Source of the DNA: a virus
Virus genome (UHGV): UHGV-0280754
Strand: one strand, 5' to 3'
Length of the DNA: 25,851 nt
Shown: in pieces, positions 7,427 to 19,225 of the stretch
Position numbering within the stretch: the first letter of the stretch is position 1
Layout of the letters: each line of letters opens with the position of its first letter
The notes under the pieces: generated by a model
Told to the model about the DNA's origin: nothing
Databases searched by the model: none
Seen by the model: the letters and a program-made list of their open reading frames with translations, nothing else
Program-made: the position numbers and the translations under genes

Positions 7427-9553
7427 ATGGCAGAGACATTAGAGAAAAAACATGAGCGGATCATGCTCAGGTTTGACCGCGCCTATTCTCCACAGAAGGA
7501 AGTGCGCGAAAAGTGCATTGAAGCTACGAGGTTTGCTCGTGTCCCCGGAGGTCAATGGGAAGGAGCAACGGCGGCTGGAACTAAGCTTGATGAGCAGTTC
7601 GAGAAGTATCCTAAGTTTGAAATCAATAAGGTAGCAACTGAACTTAACCGCATCATTGCAGAATACCGCAATAACAGAATCACCGTTAAGTTTCGTCCTG
7701 GTGACAGAGAGGCAAGCGAAGAGTTAGCCAATAAATTAAATGGTCTGTTCCGTGCTGACTACGAAGAAACTGATGGCGGTGAGGCTTGCGATAATGCATT
7801 TGACGACGCTGCTACTGGTGGTTTCGGTTGCTTCCGTTTGACGTCGATGCTGGTCAATGAATACGACCCCATGGACGATCGTCAGCGTATTGCTATTGAA
7901 CCAATATACGACCCGTCGCGCTCTGTGTGGTTTGACCCTGACGCTAAGAAGTACGACAAATCTGACGCGTTGTGGGCGTTCTGTATGTATTCGTTGTCAC
8001 CAGAAAAATATGAGGCTGAATACGGAAAGAAACCTCCTACTTCTCTGGATGTAACGTCTATGACCAGTTGGGAATATAACTGGTTTGGTGCAGATGTTAT
8101 TTACATAGCGAAGTATTACGAAGTTCGTAAAGAGTCTGTTGACGTCATCAGTTATCGACATCCAATCACTGGAGAGATTGCAACATACGACAGTGATCAG
8201 GTTGAAGATATTGAAGATGAACTGGCAATAGCTGGATTTCAGGAAGTGGCAAGGCGCTCAGTGAAGCGCCGTCGTGTGTATGTATCCGTAGTGGATGGTG
8301 ATGGTTTCCTTGAGAAACCTCGACGTATTCCTGGTGAGCATATCCCCCTCATCCCGGTTTATGGAAAACGCTGGTTCATTGATGACATTGAGCGTGTCGA
8401 AGGGCACATTGCAAAAGCAATGGATCCACAGCGTTTGTACAACCTTCAGGTTTCAATGCTGGCTGATACTGCAGCGCAAGACCCCGGTCAGATCCCTATA
8501 GTTGGCATGGAGCAAATTCGTGGACTTGAGAAGCACTGGGAGGCTCGCAACAAGAAACGCCCAGCGTTCTTGCCGTTGCGCGAAGTGAGAGATAAATCTG
8601 GCAACATTATCGCTGGAGCTACCCCGGCAGGATATACACAGCCTGCGGTTATGAATCAGGCATTGGCTGCATTACTACAGCAAACCAGTGCTGATATTCA
8701 GGAGGTTACAGGCGGCAGTCAGGCCATGCAGCAGATGCCAAGTAATATTGCTCAGGAAACGGTTAACAACTTGATGAACAGAGCAGATATGGCTTCGTTT
8801 ATCTATCTGGACAATATGGCGAAAAGTCTTAAACGCGCTGGTGAAGTATGGCTGTCAATGGCGCGTGAAGTGTACGGTTCAGAACGTGAAGTGCGCATCG
8901 TTAACGAAGATGGAAGTGATGATATCGCTGTCCTGAGCGCACAGGTTGTTGACAGGCAAACAGGGGCTGTTGTTGCGTTAAATGACCTTTCTGTCGGTCG
9001 ATACGATGTGACGGTTGATGTTGGACCAAGCTACACAGCACGACGTGATGCAACGGTTTCTGTACTGACAAATGTCCTTAGCTCTATGCTTCCAACAGAC
9101 CCAATGCGCCAGGCAATTCAGGGTATTATTCTGGACAATATCGATGGCGAAGGCCTTGATGACTTCAAAGAGTACAACCGAAACCAACTGCTGATATCTG
9201 GTATTGCAAAACCACGCAATGAGAAAGAGCAGCAGATTGTTCAACAGGCGCAAATGGCAGCACAAAGCCAGCCAAATCCTGAAATGGTTCTCGCTCAGGC
9301 GCAAATGGTAGCAGCGCAGGCAGAAGCGCAAAAAGCAACTAACGAAACTGCTCAAACTCAAATCAAAGCATTTACTGCCCAGCAGGATGCGATGGAGAGT
9401 CAGGCAAACACTGTCTATAAACTGGCTCAAGCCAGAAACATCGATGACAAAGCAGTGATGGAGGTAATACGCCTTCTGAAAGATGTCGCCGAGTCACAAC
9501 AACAGCAATTCCAGTCACCACCACAGTCACCGGCAGACTTAATGCCGAGTTAA
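7427..9553 (+). CDS. Portal protein (708 aa from ATG 7427; ORF-track frame opens at 7355)
   Basis: Large protein directly after the terminase with a long Q/A-rich helical C-terminal tail, as in P22/Sf6 portals; start chosen at the first ATG after the terminase stop, start uncertain. Confidence 0.85.
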   Translation: MAETLEKKHERIMLRFDRAYSPQKEVREKCIEATRFARVPGGQWEGATAAGTKLDEQFEKYPKFEINKVATELNRIIAEYRNNRITVKFRPGDREASEELANKLNGLFRADYEETDGGEACDNAFDDAATGGFGCFRLTSMLVNEYDPMDDRQRIAIEPIYDPSRSVWFDPDAKKYDKSDALWAFCMYSLSPEKYEAEYGKKPPTSLDVTSMTSWEYNWFGADVIYIAKYYEVRKESVDVISYRHPITGEIATYDSDQVEDIEDELAIAGFQEVARRSVKRRRVYVSVVDGDGFLEKPRRIPGEHIPLIPVYGKRWFIDDIERVEGHIAKAMDPQRLYNLQVSMLADTAAQDPGQIPIVGMEQIRGLEKHWEARNKKRPAFLPLREVRDKSGNIIAGATPAGYTQPAVMNQALAALLQQTSADIQEVTGGSQAMQQMPSNIAQETVNNLMNRADMASFIYLDNMAKSLKRAGEVWLSMAREVYGSEREVRIVNEDGSDDIAVLSAQVVDRQTGAVVALNDLSVGRYDVTVDVGPSYTARRDATVSVLTNVLSSMLPTDPMRQAIQGIILDNIDGEGLDDFKEYNRNQLLISGIAKPRNEKEQQIVQQAQMAAQSQPNPEMVLAQAQMVAAQAEAQKATNETAQTQIKAFTAQQDAMESQANTVYKLAQARNIDDKAVMEVIRLLKDVAESQQQQFQSPPQSPADLMPS

Positions 9554-9566
9554 CCAGGAGTAATCA

Positions 9567-10451
9567 ATGGAAAACGAACTGATCATCGACGGTCAGGTTA
9601 TTGACCTGTCTGAAACACAGGAAAATGCAGAAGAAACCATCATCCAAACAGAGTCACAGCCTGAGAATGAAAGCCAGGATGACAACGGTAAAGAGGTGGC
9701 AACTGAGCCTGAAAAAACCGAAGAGACACCAGAAGATTACGCCTTGCGTATTGGTGATGAAGAAATTCAGCTTAACGCTGACGATGATGATCACATTGAC
9801 GGGCAACCTGCACCGCAATGGGTGAAAGATCTTCGCAAAGGCTTCAAAGAAACACAGAAAGAAAACCGTGAGTTGCGCCGCCAGCTTGAGGAAGCATTAG
9901 CCAAGCCTGCGGAACATCAGCAACCACAACCAGATGCTATTCCACCAAAACCGACTCTTGAGTCGTGTGATTATGACGAACAGGCGTTTGAACAGGCATT
10001 GACTGATTGGCATGAGAAAAAAGGCCGTGTCGAACAGCAGCAGCAACAAAAACTACGTCAGCAACAGGAATACCAACAGCGTTTCCAGCAAAGGGTAGAA
10101 GCGCATAAACAACGGGCAGCCAAACTTCCTGTGAAAGATTATCAGGAAATGGAGGCCATTGTTCTTAGTGAGCTACCACCAATTCAGCAGGAAATCATCA
10201 TTCACTGTGCAGACGAAGGCTCTGAACTACTCGCCTATGGCTTAGGTAAGAGCCAGCAATTACGCCAGCGTGTAGCCGCTGAGACAGATCCAATTCGCGC
10301 AGCATTCCTCTTGGGGCAGATTAGCAAACAGGTAAGCCTTGCTCCAAAACCAAAGAAAGCCATCAAGCCAGAGCCGGAAGTACGTGGTGGCGGTGCTGAT
10401 GCGAAACAAGACGAATTCAACAAATTATGCCCCGGCGCAAAAATCGAATAA
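9567..10451 (+). CDS. Scaffolding protein (294 aa)
   Basis: AGGAG upstream; highly acidic N-terminus, Q/E/R-rich helical middle, basic C-terminal helix-turn-helix-like end; located between portal and coat as P22 gp8 is. Confidence 0.8.
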   Translation: MENELIIDGQVIDLSETQENAEETIIQTESQPENESQDDNGKEVATEPEKTEETPEDYALRIGDEEIQLNADDDDHIDGQPAPQWVKDLRKGFKETQKENRELRRQLEEALAKPAEHQQPQPDAIPPKPTLESCDYDEQAFEQALTDWHEKKGRVEQQQQQKLRQQQEYQQRFQQRVEAHKQRAAKLPVKDYQEMEAIVLSELPPIQQEIIIHCADEGSELLAYGLGKSQQLRQRVAAETDPIRAAFLLGQISKQVSLAPKPKKAIKPEPEVRGGGADAKQDEFNKLCPGAKIE

Positions 10452-10462
10452 GGAAAAGATAA

Positions 10463-11734
10463 ATGCCTAACAATCTCGACAGTAACGTCAGTCAAATCGT
10501 TCTGAAAAAATTCCTTCCGGGTTTTATGTCAGATTTAGTTCTGGCGAAAACCGTAGACCGTCAGTTGCTGGCAGGTGAAATCAACTCCAGCACTGGCGAT
10601 AGCGTTAGCTTTAAACGTCCGCATCAATTCTCATCCCTCCGTACTCCCACTGGTGATATTTCAGGGAAAAATAAAAACAACCTGATCTCAGGTAAAGCTA
10701 CGGGGCGTGTAGGTAACTACATCACTGTTGCTGTTGAATATCAGCAACTGGAGGAAGCGATCAAGCTTAACCAACTGGAAGAAATTCTCGCGCCGGTTCG
10801 CCAGCGAATCGTTACCGACCTTGAAACAGAGCTTGCTCACTTCATGATGAATAACGGTGCGTTGTCACTTGGTAGCCCCAATACTCCAATCACCAAATGG
10901 TCTGATGTTGCGCAGACGGCATCTTTCCTGAAAGACCTCGGCGTTAATGAAGGTGAAAACTATGCTGTAATGGATCCATGGTCTGCACAGCGACTTGCTG
11001 ATGCGCAGACTGGTTTGCACGCTTCAGATCAATTGGTTCGTACTGCATGGGAGAATGCGCAGATTCCAACCAATTTTGGCGGCATTCGCGCACTGATGTC
11101 TAATGGGCTTGCCTCTCGTACGCAGGGGGCATTTGGAGGAACACTGACAGTCAAAACACAGCCAACTGTTACCTATAACGCAGTTAAAGACTCATACCAG
11201 TTCACTGTAACATTGACCGGAGCGACAGCCAGCGTTACAGGTTTTCTGAAAGCTGGTGATCAGGTTAAATTCACCAATACCTACTGGCTGCAACAGCAGA
11301 CCAAACAGGCGTTGTATAACGGAGCCACACCAATTAGCTTCACTGCAACGGTTACTGCTGATGCTAATTCAGACAGCGGTGGCGATGTGACGGTTACGCT
11401 TTCTGGTGTTCCGATTTATGACACTACAAACCCGCAGTACAACTCTGTAAGTCGTCAGGTAGCGGCAGGCGATGCCGTATCTGTAGTAGGCACTGCTAGC
11501 CAGACAATGAAGCCAAACCTGTTCTATAACAAGTTCTTCTGTGGACTTGGCTCTATCCCACTGCCGAAACTGCACAGTATTGATTCTGCTGTTGCAACAT
11601 ATGAAGGTTTCTCCATCCGCGTACATAAATACGCAGATGGCGATGCCAACGTGCAAAAAATGCGCTTCGACTTACTGCCTGCATATGTGTGCTTTAACCC
11701 TCACATGGGCGGTCAGTTCTTCGGTAATCCGTAA
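10463..11734 (+). CDS. Major coat protein (423 aa), P22/Sf6-type
   Basis: AAGGA upstream; size matches Sf6 coat (423 aa, from memory); followed by a strong terminator as is typical for P22-like coat genes. Confidence 0.9.
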   Translation: MPNNLDSNVSQIVLKKFLPGFMSDLVLAKTVDRQLLAGEINSSTGDSVSFKRPHQFSSLRTPTGDISGKNKNNLISGKATGRVGNYITVAVEYQQLEEAIKLNQLEEILAPVRQRIVTDLETELAHFMMNNGALSLGSPNTPITKWSDVAQTASFLKDLGVNEGENYAVMDPWSAQRLADAQTGLHASDQLVRTAWENAQIPTNFGGIRALMSNGLASRTQGAFGGTLTVKTQPTVTYNAVKDSYQFTVTLTGATASVTGFLKAGDQVKFTNTYWLQQQTKQALYNGATPISFTATVTADANSDSGGDVTVTLSGVPIYDTTNPQYNSVSRQVAAGDAVSVVGTASQTMKPNLFYNKFFCGLGSIPLPKLHSIDSAVATYEGFSIRVHKYADGDANVQKMRFDLLPAYVCFNPHMGGQFFGNP

Positions 11735-11739
11735 TAACA

Positions 11740-11758
11740 AGGGGCTTACGCCCCTTTT
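11740..11758 (+). terminator. Intrinsic terminator after the coat gene
   Basis: Stem AGGGGC / GCCCCT with TTAC loop (11740-11755) followed by TTTT. Confidence 0.6.
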
Positions 11759-11776
11759 ATGTTTTAAGGAAACAAT

Positions 11777-11962
11777 ATGGATCGCATGAGTGTATTCCTT
11801 GCCGCAGATAACGAATCCGGGCATGTACAGGCCGTTATCGCAGAAAAAGACTTCCAGTTTTTCGAAAAGTTGGGCTTTGTTGCCTCAGTTGATGAATTGA
11901 AACCGACCAGTAAGCGAGCTCGTAAGGCGTTAGACAATGGCAACAGTACTGACAAAGGGTGA
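11777..11962 (+). CDS. Hypothetical small protein (61 aa) between coat and gp4-like gene
   Basis: AAGGA 5 nt upstream of ATG; overlaps the next gene by 26 nt; P22-like genomes have a small ORF in this position. Confidence 0.5.
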   Translation: MDRMSVFLAADNESGHVQAVIAEKDFQFFEKLGFVASVDELKPTSKRARKALDNGNSTDKG

Positions 11963-12419
11963 GATCGTCCTTTTTGCGCTTCGTAAGTTTGCTATTGCTT
12001 CTAATGCATCGCTGACTGATGTTGAGCCGCAATCAATTGAAGATGGTGTAAATGATCTGGAAGATATGATGTCCGAGTGGATGATTAACCCCGGCGACAT
12101 TGGTTACGCTTTCGCAACTGGAGATGAGCAGCCATTACCAGATGATGAGTCAGGTCTTCCAAGAAAATACAAACACGCAGTAGGCTATCAGTTATTGCTG
12201 AGAATGCTATCTGATTACAGCCTTGAACCAACTCCGCAAGTTCTCAGTAACGCCCAACGCTCATATGATGCCTTGATGACCGACACTCTGGTTGTTCCTT
12301 CAATGCGACGACGTGGAGATTTTCCTGTAGGGCAGGGTAATAAATATGACGTGTTCACATCTGACCGATATTATCCAGGCGATCTCCCTCTGATTGATGG
12401 CGATATCCCAAACGCATAG
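11937..12419 (+). CDS. gp4-like head-to-tail adaptor protein (160 aa)
   Basis: N-terminus [18 protein letters not shown]...[24 protein letters not shown] aligns by eye with P22 gp4 ([43 protein letters not shown], from memory). Confidence 0.85.
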   Translation: [160 protein letters not shown]

Positions 12420-12427
12420 GTGAATAA

Positions 12428-13846
12428 ATGCCGATTCAGCAACTTCCGCTTATGAAAGGTGTCGGCAAAGACTTTCGAAACGCCGACTATATCGACTATC
12501 TGCCAGTGAATATGTTGGCTACACCCAAAGAAATCCTGAACAGCAGCGGATATCTTCGCTCATTCCCGGGCATTGCCAAACGTTCTGATGTGAACGGTGT
12601 ATCGCGCGGAGTCGAGTACAACATGGCGCAGAATGCTGTTTATCGTGTCTGTGGTGGCAAGCTTTACAAAGGCGAAAGCGAAGTCGGTGACGTCGCCGGA
12701 AGTGGTCGCGTATCAATGGCACATGGTCGGACATCTCAGGCTGTAGGCGTTAATGGTCAACTGGTCGAGTATCGCTATGATGGCACGGTTAAAACCGTCT
12801 CAAACTGGCCTGCAGACAGCGGATTTACGCAGTATGAGTTAGGTTCTGTTCGCGACATTACGCGTTTACGTGGGCGTTATGCGTGGTCAAAAGACGGCAC
12901 TGATTCATGGTTTATCACTGACCTTGAAGACGAATCGCATCCTGACCGTTACAGCGCACAATATCGTGCCGAGTCTCAGCCGGACGGCATCATCGGTATC
13001 GGCACATGGCGAGACTTCATCGTCTGCTTTGGTTCATCGACGATTGAATATTTCTCCCTGACTGGTGCAACCACCGTTGGTGCTGCTTTGTATGTCGCAC
13101 AGCCATCACTGATGGTGCAGAAAGGCATTGCCGGGACTTACTGCAAAACGCCGTTTGCTGACTCGTATGCGTTCATCAGCAATCCGGCAACAGGTGCGCC
13201 GTCTGTATACATCATCGGCTCCGGTCAGGTATCACCAATCGCCAGCGCGAGCATTGAGAAAATACTACGCTCCTACACTGCTGATGAACTGGCTGAAGGC
13301 GTGATGGAATCGCTGCGGTTTGATGCGCATGAGTTGCTGATTATCCATCTTCCGCGCCATGTTCTCGTATACGACGCATCTTCAAGCGCCAATGGTCCGC
13401 AATGGTGTGTATTGAAAACAGGCCTGTATGACGATGTGTACCGCGCTATCGACTTCATTTACGAAGGCAATCAGATAACGTGCGGCGATAAGCTGGAATC
13501 GGTGATCGGGAAATTGCAGTTCGATATCAGCAGCCAGTACGACAAGCAACAGGAACACCTGCTGTTTACTCCGTTGTTCAAAGCGGATAACGCCAGATGC
13601 TTTGATCTGGAGGTGGAATCATCGACTGGTGTTGCGCAGTATGCTGACCGCCTGTTCCTCTCTGCAACCACTGACGGCATAAATTACGGTCGTGAGCAGA
13701 TGATTGAGCAGAATGAACCGTTCGTTTACGACAAACGCGTTTTGTGGAAGAAAGTAGGGCGCATCAGGAAAAACATTGGCTTCAAATTGCGCGTTATCAC
13801 TAAGTCACCTGTCACTCTGTCTGGCTGCCAGATAAGGATTGAGTAA
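12428..13846 (+). CDS. gp10-like tail hub / tail accessory protein (472 aa)
   Basis: Same length as P22 gp10 (472 aa, from memory) and same position between gp4 and the tail needle. Confidence 0.8.
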   Translation: MPIQQLPLMKGVGKDFRNADYIDYLPVNMLATPKEILNSSGYLRSFPGIAKRSDVNGVSRGVEYNMAQNAVYRVCGGKLYKGESEVGDVAGSGRVSMAHGRTSQAVGVNGQLVEYRYDGTVKTVSNWPADSGFTQYELGSVRDITRLRGRYAWSKDGTDSWFITDLEDESHPDRYSAQYRAESQPDGIIGIGTWRDFIVCFGSSTIEYFSLTGATTVGAALYVAQPSLMVQKGIAGTYCKTPFADSYAFISNPATGAPSVYIIGSGQVSPIASASIEKILRSYTADELAEGVMESLRFDAHELLIIHLPRHVLVYDASSSANGPQWCVLKTGLYDDVYRAIDFIYEGNQITCGDKLESVIGKLQFDISSQYDKQQEHLLFTPLFKADNARCFDLEVESSTGVAQYADRLFLSATTDGINYGREQMIEQNEPFVYDKRVLWKKVGRIRKNIGFKLRVITKSPVTLSGCQIRIE

Positions 13847-14547
13847 TGGCGGATTCATCACTGAATAATCCTGTCGCGGTTCAGGCTACGCGCCTTGATG
13901 CTTCAATTTTGCCACGCAATATATTCAGCCAGTCTTACCTGCTGTATGTCATAAATCAGGGAGCTGATGTCGGCGCAATTGCCGGGAAGGCAAATCAGGC
14001 TGGTCAGGGCGCTTACGATGCCCAGGTAAAAAACGATGAACAGGATGTCGAACTGGCTGATCACGACGCAAGAATCACCGCAAACACAAAAGCGATAAAT
14101 CTCCTTGAGGTCAGGTTAACAACCGCCGAAGGGAAGATAGTCGTACTGCGTAGCGATGTTGATTACTTGCTGGATGAGGTTATCGATATTCAGGGGCATC
14201 TGGTCACTGTTGACCAAAGACTGGATGACGTAGAAAACGATGTCTCTGGCATTAAGAGTGATTACGTATCGAAAACCGTAACAGAATCGCAGTCTCTTGC
14301 GTCACCGCTGGATGTAAAAACATCATATTCAGTTGATGGAATTCAGGTAGTTGGAGCAAGGCAGACTGGATGGACTGCAGCCACAGGTACGCCACTTCTT
14401 GGCTCATTCAACGCAAACCAGTCATACACTGTCGGCACTACGTACACGCAATCCGAAGTCGCAGCTCTCGCAACAGGTTTGCAGCAGGCGCGGCAGCGTA
14501 TTCTGGCGCTTGAAACGGCACTTAGATTACATGGGCTGATTGACTGA
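13846..14547 (+). CDS. gp26-like tail needle (233 aa, trimeric coiled coil)
   Basis: N-terminus [36 protein letters not shown] and C-terminal ...ALRLHGLID match P22 gp26 from memory; same length. Confidence 0.92.
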   Translation: MADSSLNNPVAVQATRLDASILPRNIFSQSYLLYVINQGADVGAIAGKANQAGQGAYDAQVKNDEQDVELADHDARITANTKAINLLEVRLTTAEGKIVVLRSDVDYLLDEVIDIQGHLVTVDQRLDDVENDVSGIKSDYVSKTVTESQSLASPLDVKTSYSVDGIQVVGARQTGWTAATGTPLLGSFNANQSYTVGTTYTQSEVAALATGLQQARQRILALETALRLHGLID

Positions 14548-15002
14548 TGATTACATTCAAACCAACGCGAAACATCGACCTGATAGAAGCCGTAGGAAAT
14601 CACCCTGACATTATCGCCGGTAGCAACAACGGCGATGGATACGACTACAAACCTGAATGCCGTTACTTTGAGGTGAACGTGCACGGGCAGTTTGGCGGCA
14701 TTGTTTACTATCAGGAGATTCAGCCGCAGACATTCGATTGCCACGCCATGTACCTGCCAGAGATTCGCGGCTTCAGCAAGGAAATCGGTCTGGCGTTCTG
14801 GCTATACATTCTGACTAACACCACCGTTCAGTGCGTCACATCGTTCGCCGCACGCAAATTCCGCCACGGGCAGATGTACTGCGCAATGATTGGCCTTAAG
14901 CGTGTAGGAACCATCAAGAAATACTTCAAAGGCGTGGATGACGTAACGTTTTACAGCGCCACACGCGAAGAACTAATCGACTTCCTGAATCACGGGAGAT
15001 AG
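14547..15002 (+). CDS. gp14-like head assembly / ejection-associated protein (151 aa)
   Basis: Assigned by position between the tail needle and gp7-like gene (P22 order 26-14-7-20-16); sequence itself not recognised. Confidence 0.55.
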   Translation: MITFKPTRNIDLIEAVGNHPDIIAGSNNGDGYDYKPECRYFEVNVHGQFGGIVYYQEIQPQTFDCHAMYLPEIRGFSKEIGLAFWLYILTNTTVQCVTSFAARKFRHGQMYCAMIGLKRVGTIKKYFKGVDDVTFYSATREELIDFLNHGR

Positions 15003-15004
15003 CC

Positions 15005-15697
15005 ATGTTATATGCATTTAAGCTGGGCAGAAAACTGCGCGGCGAGGAACCTTATTGCCCTGAAAAGGGTGGGAAAGGTGGCAGCTCTGATAAAAGCGCA
15101 AAGTATGCCGCAGAAGCTCAGAAGTATGCAGCAGACCTGCAAAATCAGCAGTTCAACACCATCATGAACAACCTGAAGCCGTTTACTCCTCTGGCTGAGA
15201 AGTATGTCGGCAGCCTCGAGAACTTATCGTCTCTGGAGGGGCAAGTTCAGGCACTTAACCAGTATTACAACTCTCAGCAGTATAAAGACCTTGCAGGTCA
15301 GGCTCGCTATCAGAGTCTGGCGGCAGCGGAAGCAACAGGTGGATTGGGTTCCACCGCAACCAGTAATCAGTTAGCAACAATCGCACCAACGCTTGGTCAG
15401 CAATGGCTATCTGGACAAATGAACAATTACAACAACCTGGCAAATATCGGTCTTGGCGCTCTTCAGGGACAGGCAAACGCCGGGCAAACATATGCCAACA
15501 ACATGAGTCAGATTTCGCAGCAAAGCGCAGCACTGGCGGCGGCAAACGCCAACCGACCGTCAGCATTGCAGCAGGGTGTTAGTGGTGCTGCATCCGGTGC
15601 GCTTTTGGGTGGTGGCATAGCCAGTGCTCTCGAGCTATCAACTCCGTGGGGGGCTGGTATTGGTGCTGGTCTTGGTCTGCTTGGTTCACTGTTTTAA
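15005..15697 (+). CDS. gp7-like ejection protein (230 aa)
   Basis: N-terminus MLYAFKLGRKLRGEEPYCPEKGGKGGSSDKSAKYAAEAQKYAADLQNQQF and Gly/Ala-rich C-terminus resemble P22 gp7 from memory. Confidence 0.8.
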   Translation: MLYAFKLGRKLRGEEPYCPEKGGKGGSSDKSAKYAAEAQKYAADLQNQQFNTIMNNLKPFTPLAEKYVGSLENLSSLEGQVQALNQYYNSQQYKDLAGQARYQSLAAAEATGGLGSTATSNQLATIAPTLGQQWLSGQMNNYNNLANIGLGALQGQANAGQTYANNMSQISQQSAALAAANANRPSALQQGVSGAASGALLGGGIASALELSTPWGAGIGAGLGLLGSLF

Positions 15698-15707
15698 GGG
15701 TTAATCA

Positions 15708-17057
15708 ATGGCTACGTGGCAACAGGGTATTAATTCTGGTGGTTTTCTGGCTGGCATTGGTACGCAAAATGAGAATGCACCAAAGGCAAGCGACATTAAC
15801 GCAACGCTTGGTCTGATTCGCGAAAACAATGAACTGGCTCGATCAGGTGCAAATAACGTTGGTCTGACCGCGTTACGTGGTCTGGCTGGAGTTGCTGATA
15901 TTTACAATCAGGAACAGCAACAGAAAGCGATTAGTGCGTTCAATAAGGTTCACGCTGATGCATGGGCTTCTGGTGATACATCGGGACTATTTAAGTTTGC
16001 CCAGGAAAATCCAGCGTTTGTTGCACAGGCACAACAGGCGTTTTCCGGTCTTAATGAGCAGCAACGCAACGATATGGGAGATTTAGCCATGAGGGCTAAC
16101 GTCGCTCTTTCTCAGGGACCGGAAGCCTACAGTAAATTCATTACTGACAACAAGGACAGGTTAAATCGCGTGGGCGCGAATGCTGACTGGATGATTCAGA
16201 CAGGTATCCAGAATCCAGAGCAGCTATCACACATGCTGACTACTATGTCTCTCGGTGCGCTTGGACCAGAAAAGGCGTTTGCTGTTCAGGACAAGATGGT
16301 TGGTCGCCAGCAGGAGCAGCAAAGAATTAACGAAACCATTCGCAATAATGACATGACGAATGCGAGGGCTATTAGGGGGCAGGATCTTTCCTATAAGGCT
16401 CAAATGGCAAGACTGAATCACGACAAGTATGTGTTTAAGCAGTCACAGGCGGCCCTTGAAAGAGCAGGACAACTTCAGGATATGGATGTTTTGTCTCTTA
16501 ACTCACAGATAGCAGCGACGGGAATTGATCCTCTAACCGGTAAAGCTGCAACGTCAGCCAGAATGTCTCAGGCTAAGAGATGGCTTGATGGCAACAATAA
16601 TTACAACAATGCGTTGATTACTGGTGAGCGAGGGATAGAGAAAATAGATTCTTTGCTTGGTAAGAAGGATCTTGAAGGTATCGGTCGCTTCGAAGGAAGA
16701 AATATAGATGGCTTCACAAGTGCTGAAGGGCTTGCAAACCGTAATGCGATAGAAGAATTAAAGTCGGGTGCGTTTGTCCAGAACGTGCAGACTATGCGAG
16801 GTATGGGTAGCCTCTCCAATGCTGAAGGACAAAAACTGGAAAACCTTATCGCGAAACTCGATATAACACAGCCTGAAGAGGTCGTCAGAAAACAGTTATC
16901 TGAAATCCGATCGCAATATTCTGTATTTCAAAAGGTTGCAGCAAGGGAGGCTGAATCAATGGGATATAGTTCATCAGGTTATGACACATATGTTAGTGAG
17001 CGAAAATCAGGAAGCGACAGCAATAAGTCCGGTTTCTCGTCTTTATGGGGTGATTAA
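15708..17057 (+). CDS. gp20-like ejection protein (449 aa)
   Basis: Position and size comparable to P22 gp20; low-complexity Gly/Ala/Gln-rich composition typical of ejection proteins. Confidence 0.7.
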   Translation: MATWQQGINSGGFLAGIGTQNENAPKASDINATLGLIRENNELARSGANNVGLTALRGLAGVADIYNQEQQQKAISAFNKVHADAWASGDTSGLFKFAQENPAFVAQAQQAFSGLNEQQRNDMGDLAMRANVALSQGPEAYSKFITDNKDRLNRVGANADWMIQTGIQNPEQLSHMLTTMSLGALGPEKAFAVQDKMVGRQQEQQRINETIRNNDMTNARAIRGQDLSYKAQMARLNHDKYVFKQSQAALERAGQLQDMDVLSLNSQIAATGIDPLTGKAATSARMSQAKRWLDGNNNYNNALITGERGIEKIDSLLGKKDLEGIGRFEGRNIDGFTSAEGLANRNAIEELKSGAFVQNVQTMRGMGSLSNAEGQKLENLIAKLDITQPEEVVRKQLSEIRSQYSVFQKVAAREAESMGYSSSGYDTYVSERKSGSDSNKSGFSSLWGD

Positions 17058-19225
17058 TGGCTAAAGCATGGAAAGATGTTATCGCTTCTCCACAGTATCA
17101 GGCGTTAACTGAAGAACAGAAAGCACAGGCTCAAGCGCAATATTTTGATGAGGTTGTTGCCCCTAAGGCTGGTGACAAATGGGCTGAAGCAAGAGATCAG
17201 TTTTATGCAGCATACCCTCCGCCTCAGCAGCAGAAAGAAGAACCATCATTGATGCAACAAGCTGGTGATTGGCTCACAGGTGGTCAAAGTGCAGGGCAAA
17301 TTGCAGAACAGGCTGGTCGTGGTCTGGTAAACATACCATTTGACGTATTGCAGGGTGGCGCAAGTCTGATTAATGCAATCAGCCAGGGGCTTGGCGGCCC
17401 CAAGGTTTTGGATGATGTTTATCGCCCTGTCGATCGACCGACAGACCCTTGGGCGCAAGCCGGTGAAACATTTGGTGGGTATCTCCTGCCAATTGGCACA
17501 GCGGCAAAAGTTGCTGGAGCGCCAGCAAAGCTCGCAGGAGACATCGGTTCCGCAGGAAACATGATTGCAGGTTCTCTTGCTGATGCTGCAAATCAGGAGG
17601 GCGACTTTGCACAAAATGCTGCCATTAACGGTGGTATCAATATTGGTGCTCAGGGGATACTTTCTGGGGCTGGAAGGATCTTAACCTCTAAATCACCTCA
17701 AGTTCTTGGTGGCGGGGCAATAAATTCCGCTGCTGATGTTTCGAAAATGGCAAAGTCTGGTACAGGAAGAGAGATTATTGCCAGACAGTCAGCTAATGTG
17801 TCAGACGAAATAGCAAAAGCAGCAGATACTGCTGGAATAGATATCAACGCATTAACTCCTGGCATGAGATCAGGTAGTCGTGGTCTTGCTCAGGCGGAGG
17901 GGATTCTGGCGTCAAAGCCCGGAATTACACAGGATGCACACACCAAAGCATTCAGTGAAATAGAGTCGAAATTTAACTCAGCATTGGATGAGTTTGGGGC
18001 TGAAGCAGGAACTGCATCAGAAAAAAGTGCAGCCATAAAACAAAGGGTTTTGGCAAGTATTGATAAAATGAAAAATTCAGAAAAGGCCGCATGGGATAGC
18101 GTCCGCTCCACGATGCCTGACGCAAAGGCCAGAATGTCAAACCTGAACGCTACAATTCAGGGTGATATTTTGGCTGGCATGCCGCTAACTCCTGAGATGA
18201 AACAATTCGCATCTGCTTATGCTAAAACTGGTAAAAAAGGAATCACGTTTGATGCCATGAAGGCATGGCGAAGTAAACTTGCTGACGCAGAGCAGAAGTA
18301 TATAAGGTCTGGTGAGGCAAATACGGCAAGGCGCATGGCTGAGCTTCGTGATGCAGCAACGGAAGATATGCGCATAATGGCTCAAAATGGCGGTTTTCTT
18401 GATGACTGGCAAAAAGCTAATGATCTGTCAAAGGCAAGATTTACAGCACAAGAACAGGCTGAAGCAGCGTTTGGTAGAGACCTTGCAACTGATCAGTTGG
18501 TAACTAATGGATCTAAGGCGTTACAGGGTTCAGCAAAAAGTGGAACAGGTCAGTTCCATAAAATAATAAGCGCCCTACCTGAGTCGGAACGCGCGCCAGC
18601 AATTGCATCAATATTACAAGATGCAATGTCGCAAGGGGTACGCGGAGGTAAGTCTGAAGAGGCTGGAATTAAGCATATCGCGACTATTCTTACCCCACAA
18701 AACGTGAAGGCAATTAGTCGATATTCTCCAGAACTTGGCAGGATTACAAGTTCATACGGAGAACTTGCACGAGCAGCAACAAAGCCACTTCGATATATTG
18801 AACAGACAGGGCGATCTATGCCAGCCATTAGCACTCTTGAGAATGGCCTTCATCCAGTTTTAGAGAGCGCATTGTCTGGCGCTTTTAGAACTACTGGCAC
18901 TATCGCAGGGTTCTCTGGAGGAGGCGTTATTGGAGCAATAGCGGGTGGCGCTGCAGGTGGGGCAATTGATGCAATGGCAAAAGGAGCGATAGCGAAATTA
19001 TCCGCAACTAGAAGCGGTCGTTACGCTATTGAAAAGGCTGTTCAAGAGGCAACAAAGGCAGTTAAGGTTGGGGCAAGTGATGGTGCATTAGCGGCGGCGG
19101 AACGCAGATTTATGGCAAATAAGGCCGCCGTAAAAGCAATACGCGAGGCACTAGGAAACGAAGAGTTCCAGCGTTTAGCAAGAGCTGGAATTGTGGCATC
19201 GCTAAGCGGAATGGCACAGGAGTAA
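17057..19225 (+). CDS. gp16-like ejection protein (722 aa)
   Basis: Position after the gp20-like gene (ATGA overlap); Gly/Ala-rich with predicted amphipathic segments; longer than P22 gp16 as I remember it. Confidence 0.7.
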   Translation: MAKAWKDVIASPQYQALTEEQKAQAQAQYFDEVVAPKAGDKWAEARDQFYAAYPPPQQQKEEPSLMQQAGDWLTGGQSAGQIAEQAGRGLVNIPFDVLQGGASLINAISQGLGGPKVLDDVYRPVDRPTDPWAQAGETFGGYLLPIGTAAKVAGAPAKLAGDIGSAGNMIAGSLADAANQEGDFAQNAAINGGINIGAQGILSGAGRILTSKSPQVLGGGAINSAADVSKMAKSGTGREIIARQSANVSDEIAKAADTAGIDINALTPGMRSGSRGLAQAEGILASKPGITQDAHTKAFSEIESKFNSALDEFGAEAGTASEKSAAIKQRVLASIDKMKNSEKAAWDSVRSTMPDAKARMSNLNATIQGDILAGMPLTPEMKQFASAYAKTGKKGITFDAMKAWRSKLADAEQKYIRSGEANTARRMAELRDAATEDMRIMAQNGGFLDDWQKANDLSKARFTAQEQAEAAFGRDLATDQLVTNGSKALQGSAKSGTGQFHKIISALPESERAPAIASILQDAMSQGVRGGKSEEAGIKHIATILTPQNVKAISRYSPELGRITSSYGELARAATKPLRYIEQTGRSMPAISTLENGLHPVLESALSGAFRTTGTIAGFSGGGVIGAIAGGAAGGAIDAMAKGAIAKLSATRSGRYAIEKAVQEATKAVKVGASDGALAAAERRFMANKAAVKAIREALGNEEFQRLARAGIVASLSGMAQE

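Noticed and set aside
8978-9430. 150-aa minus-strand ORF inside the portal gene
   Set aside because: Antisense shadow ORF within portal coding sequence; Cys/Leu-rich translation typical of non-coding frames.
14343-14744. 133-aa minus-strand ORF spanning the gp26/gp14 junction
   Set aside because: Antisense to two well-supported + strand genes; no RBS.
17246-17614. 122-aa minus-strand ORF and other 60-100-aa ORFs inside the gp16-like gene
   Set aside because: All overlap the large + strand ejection-protein gene in antisense or alternative frames; no RBS or family signal.
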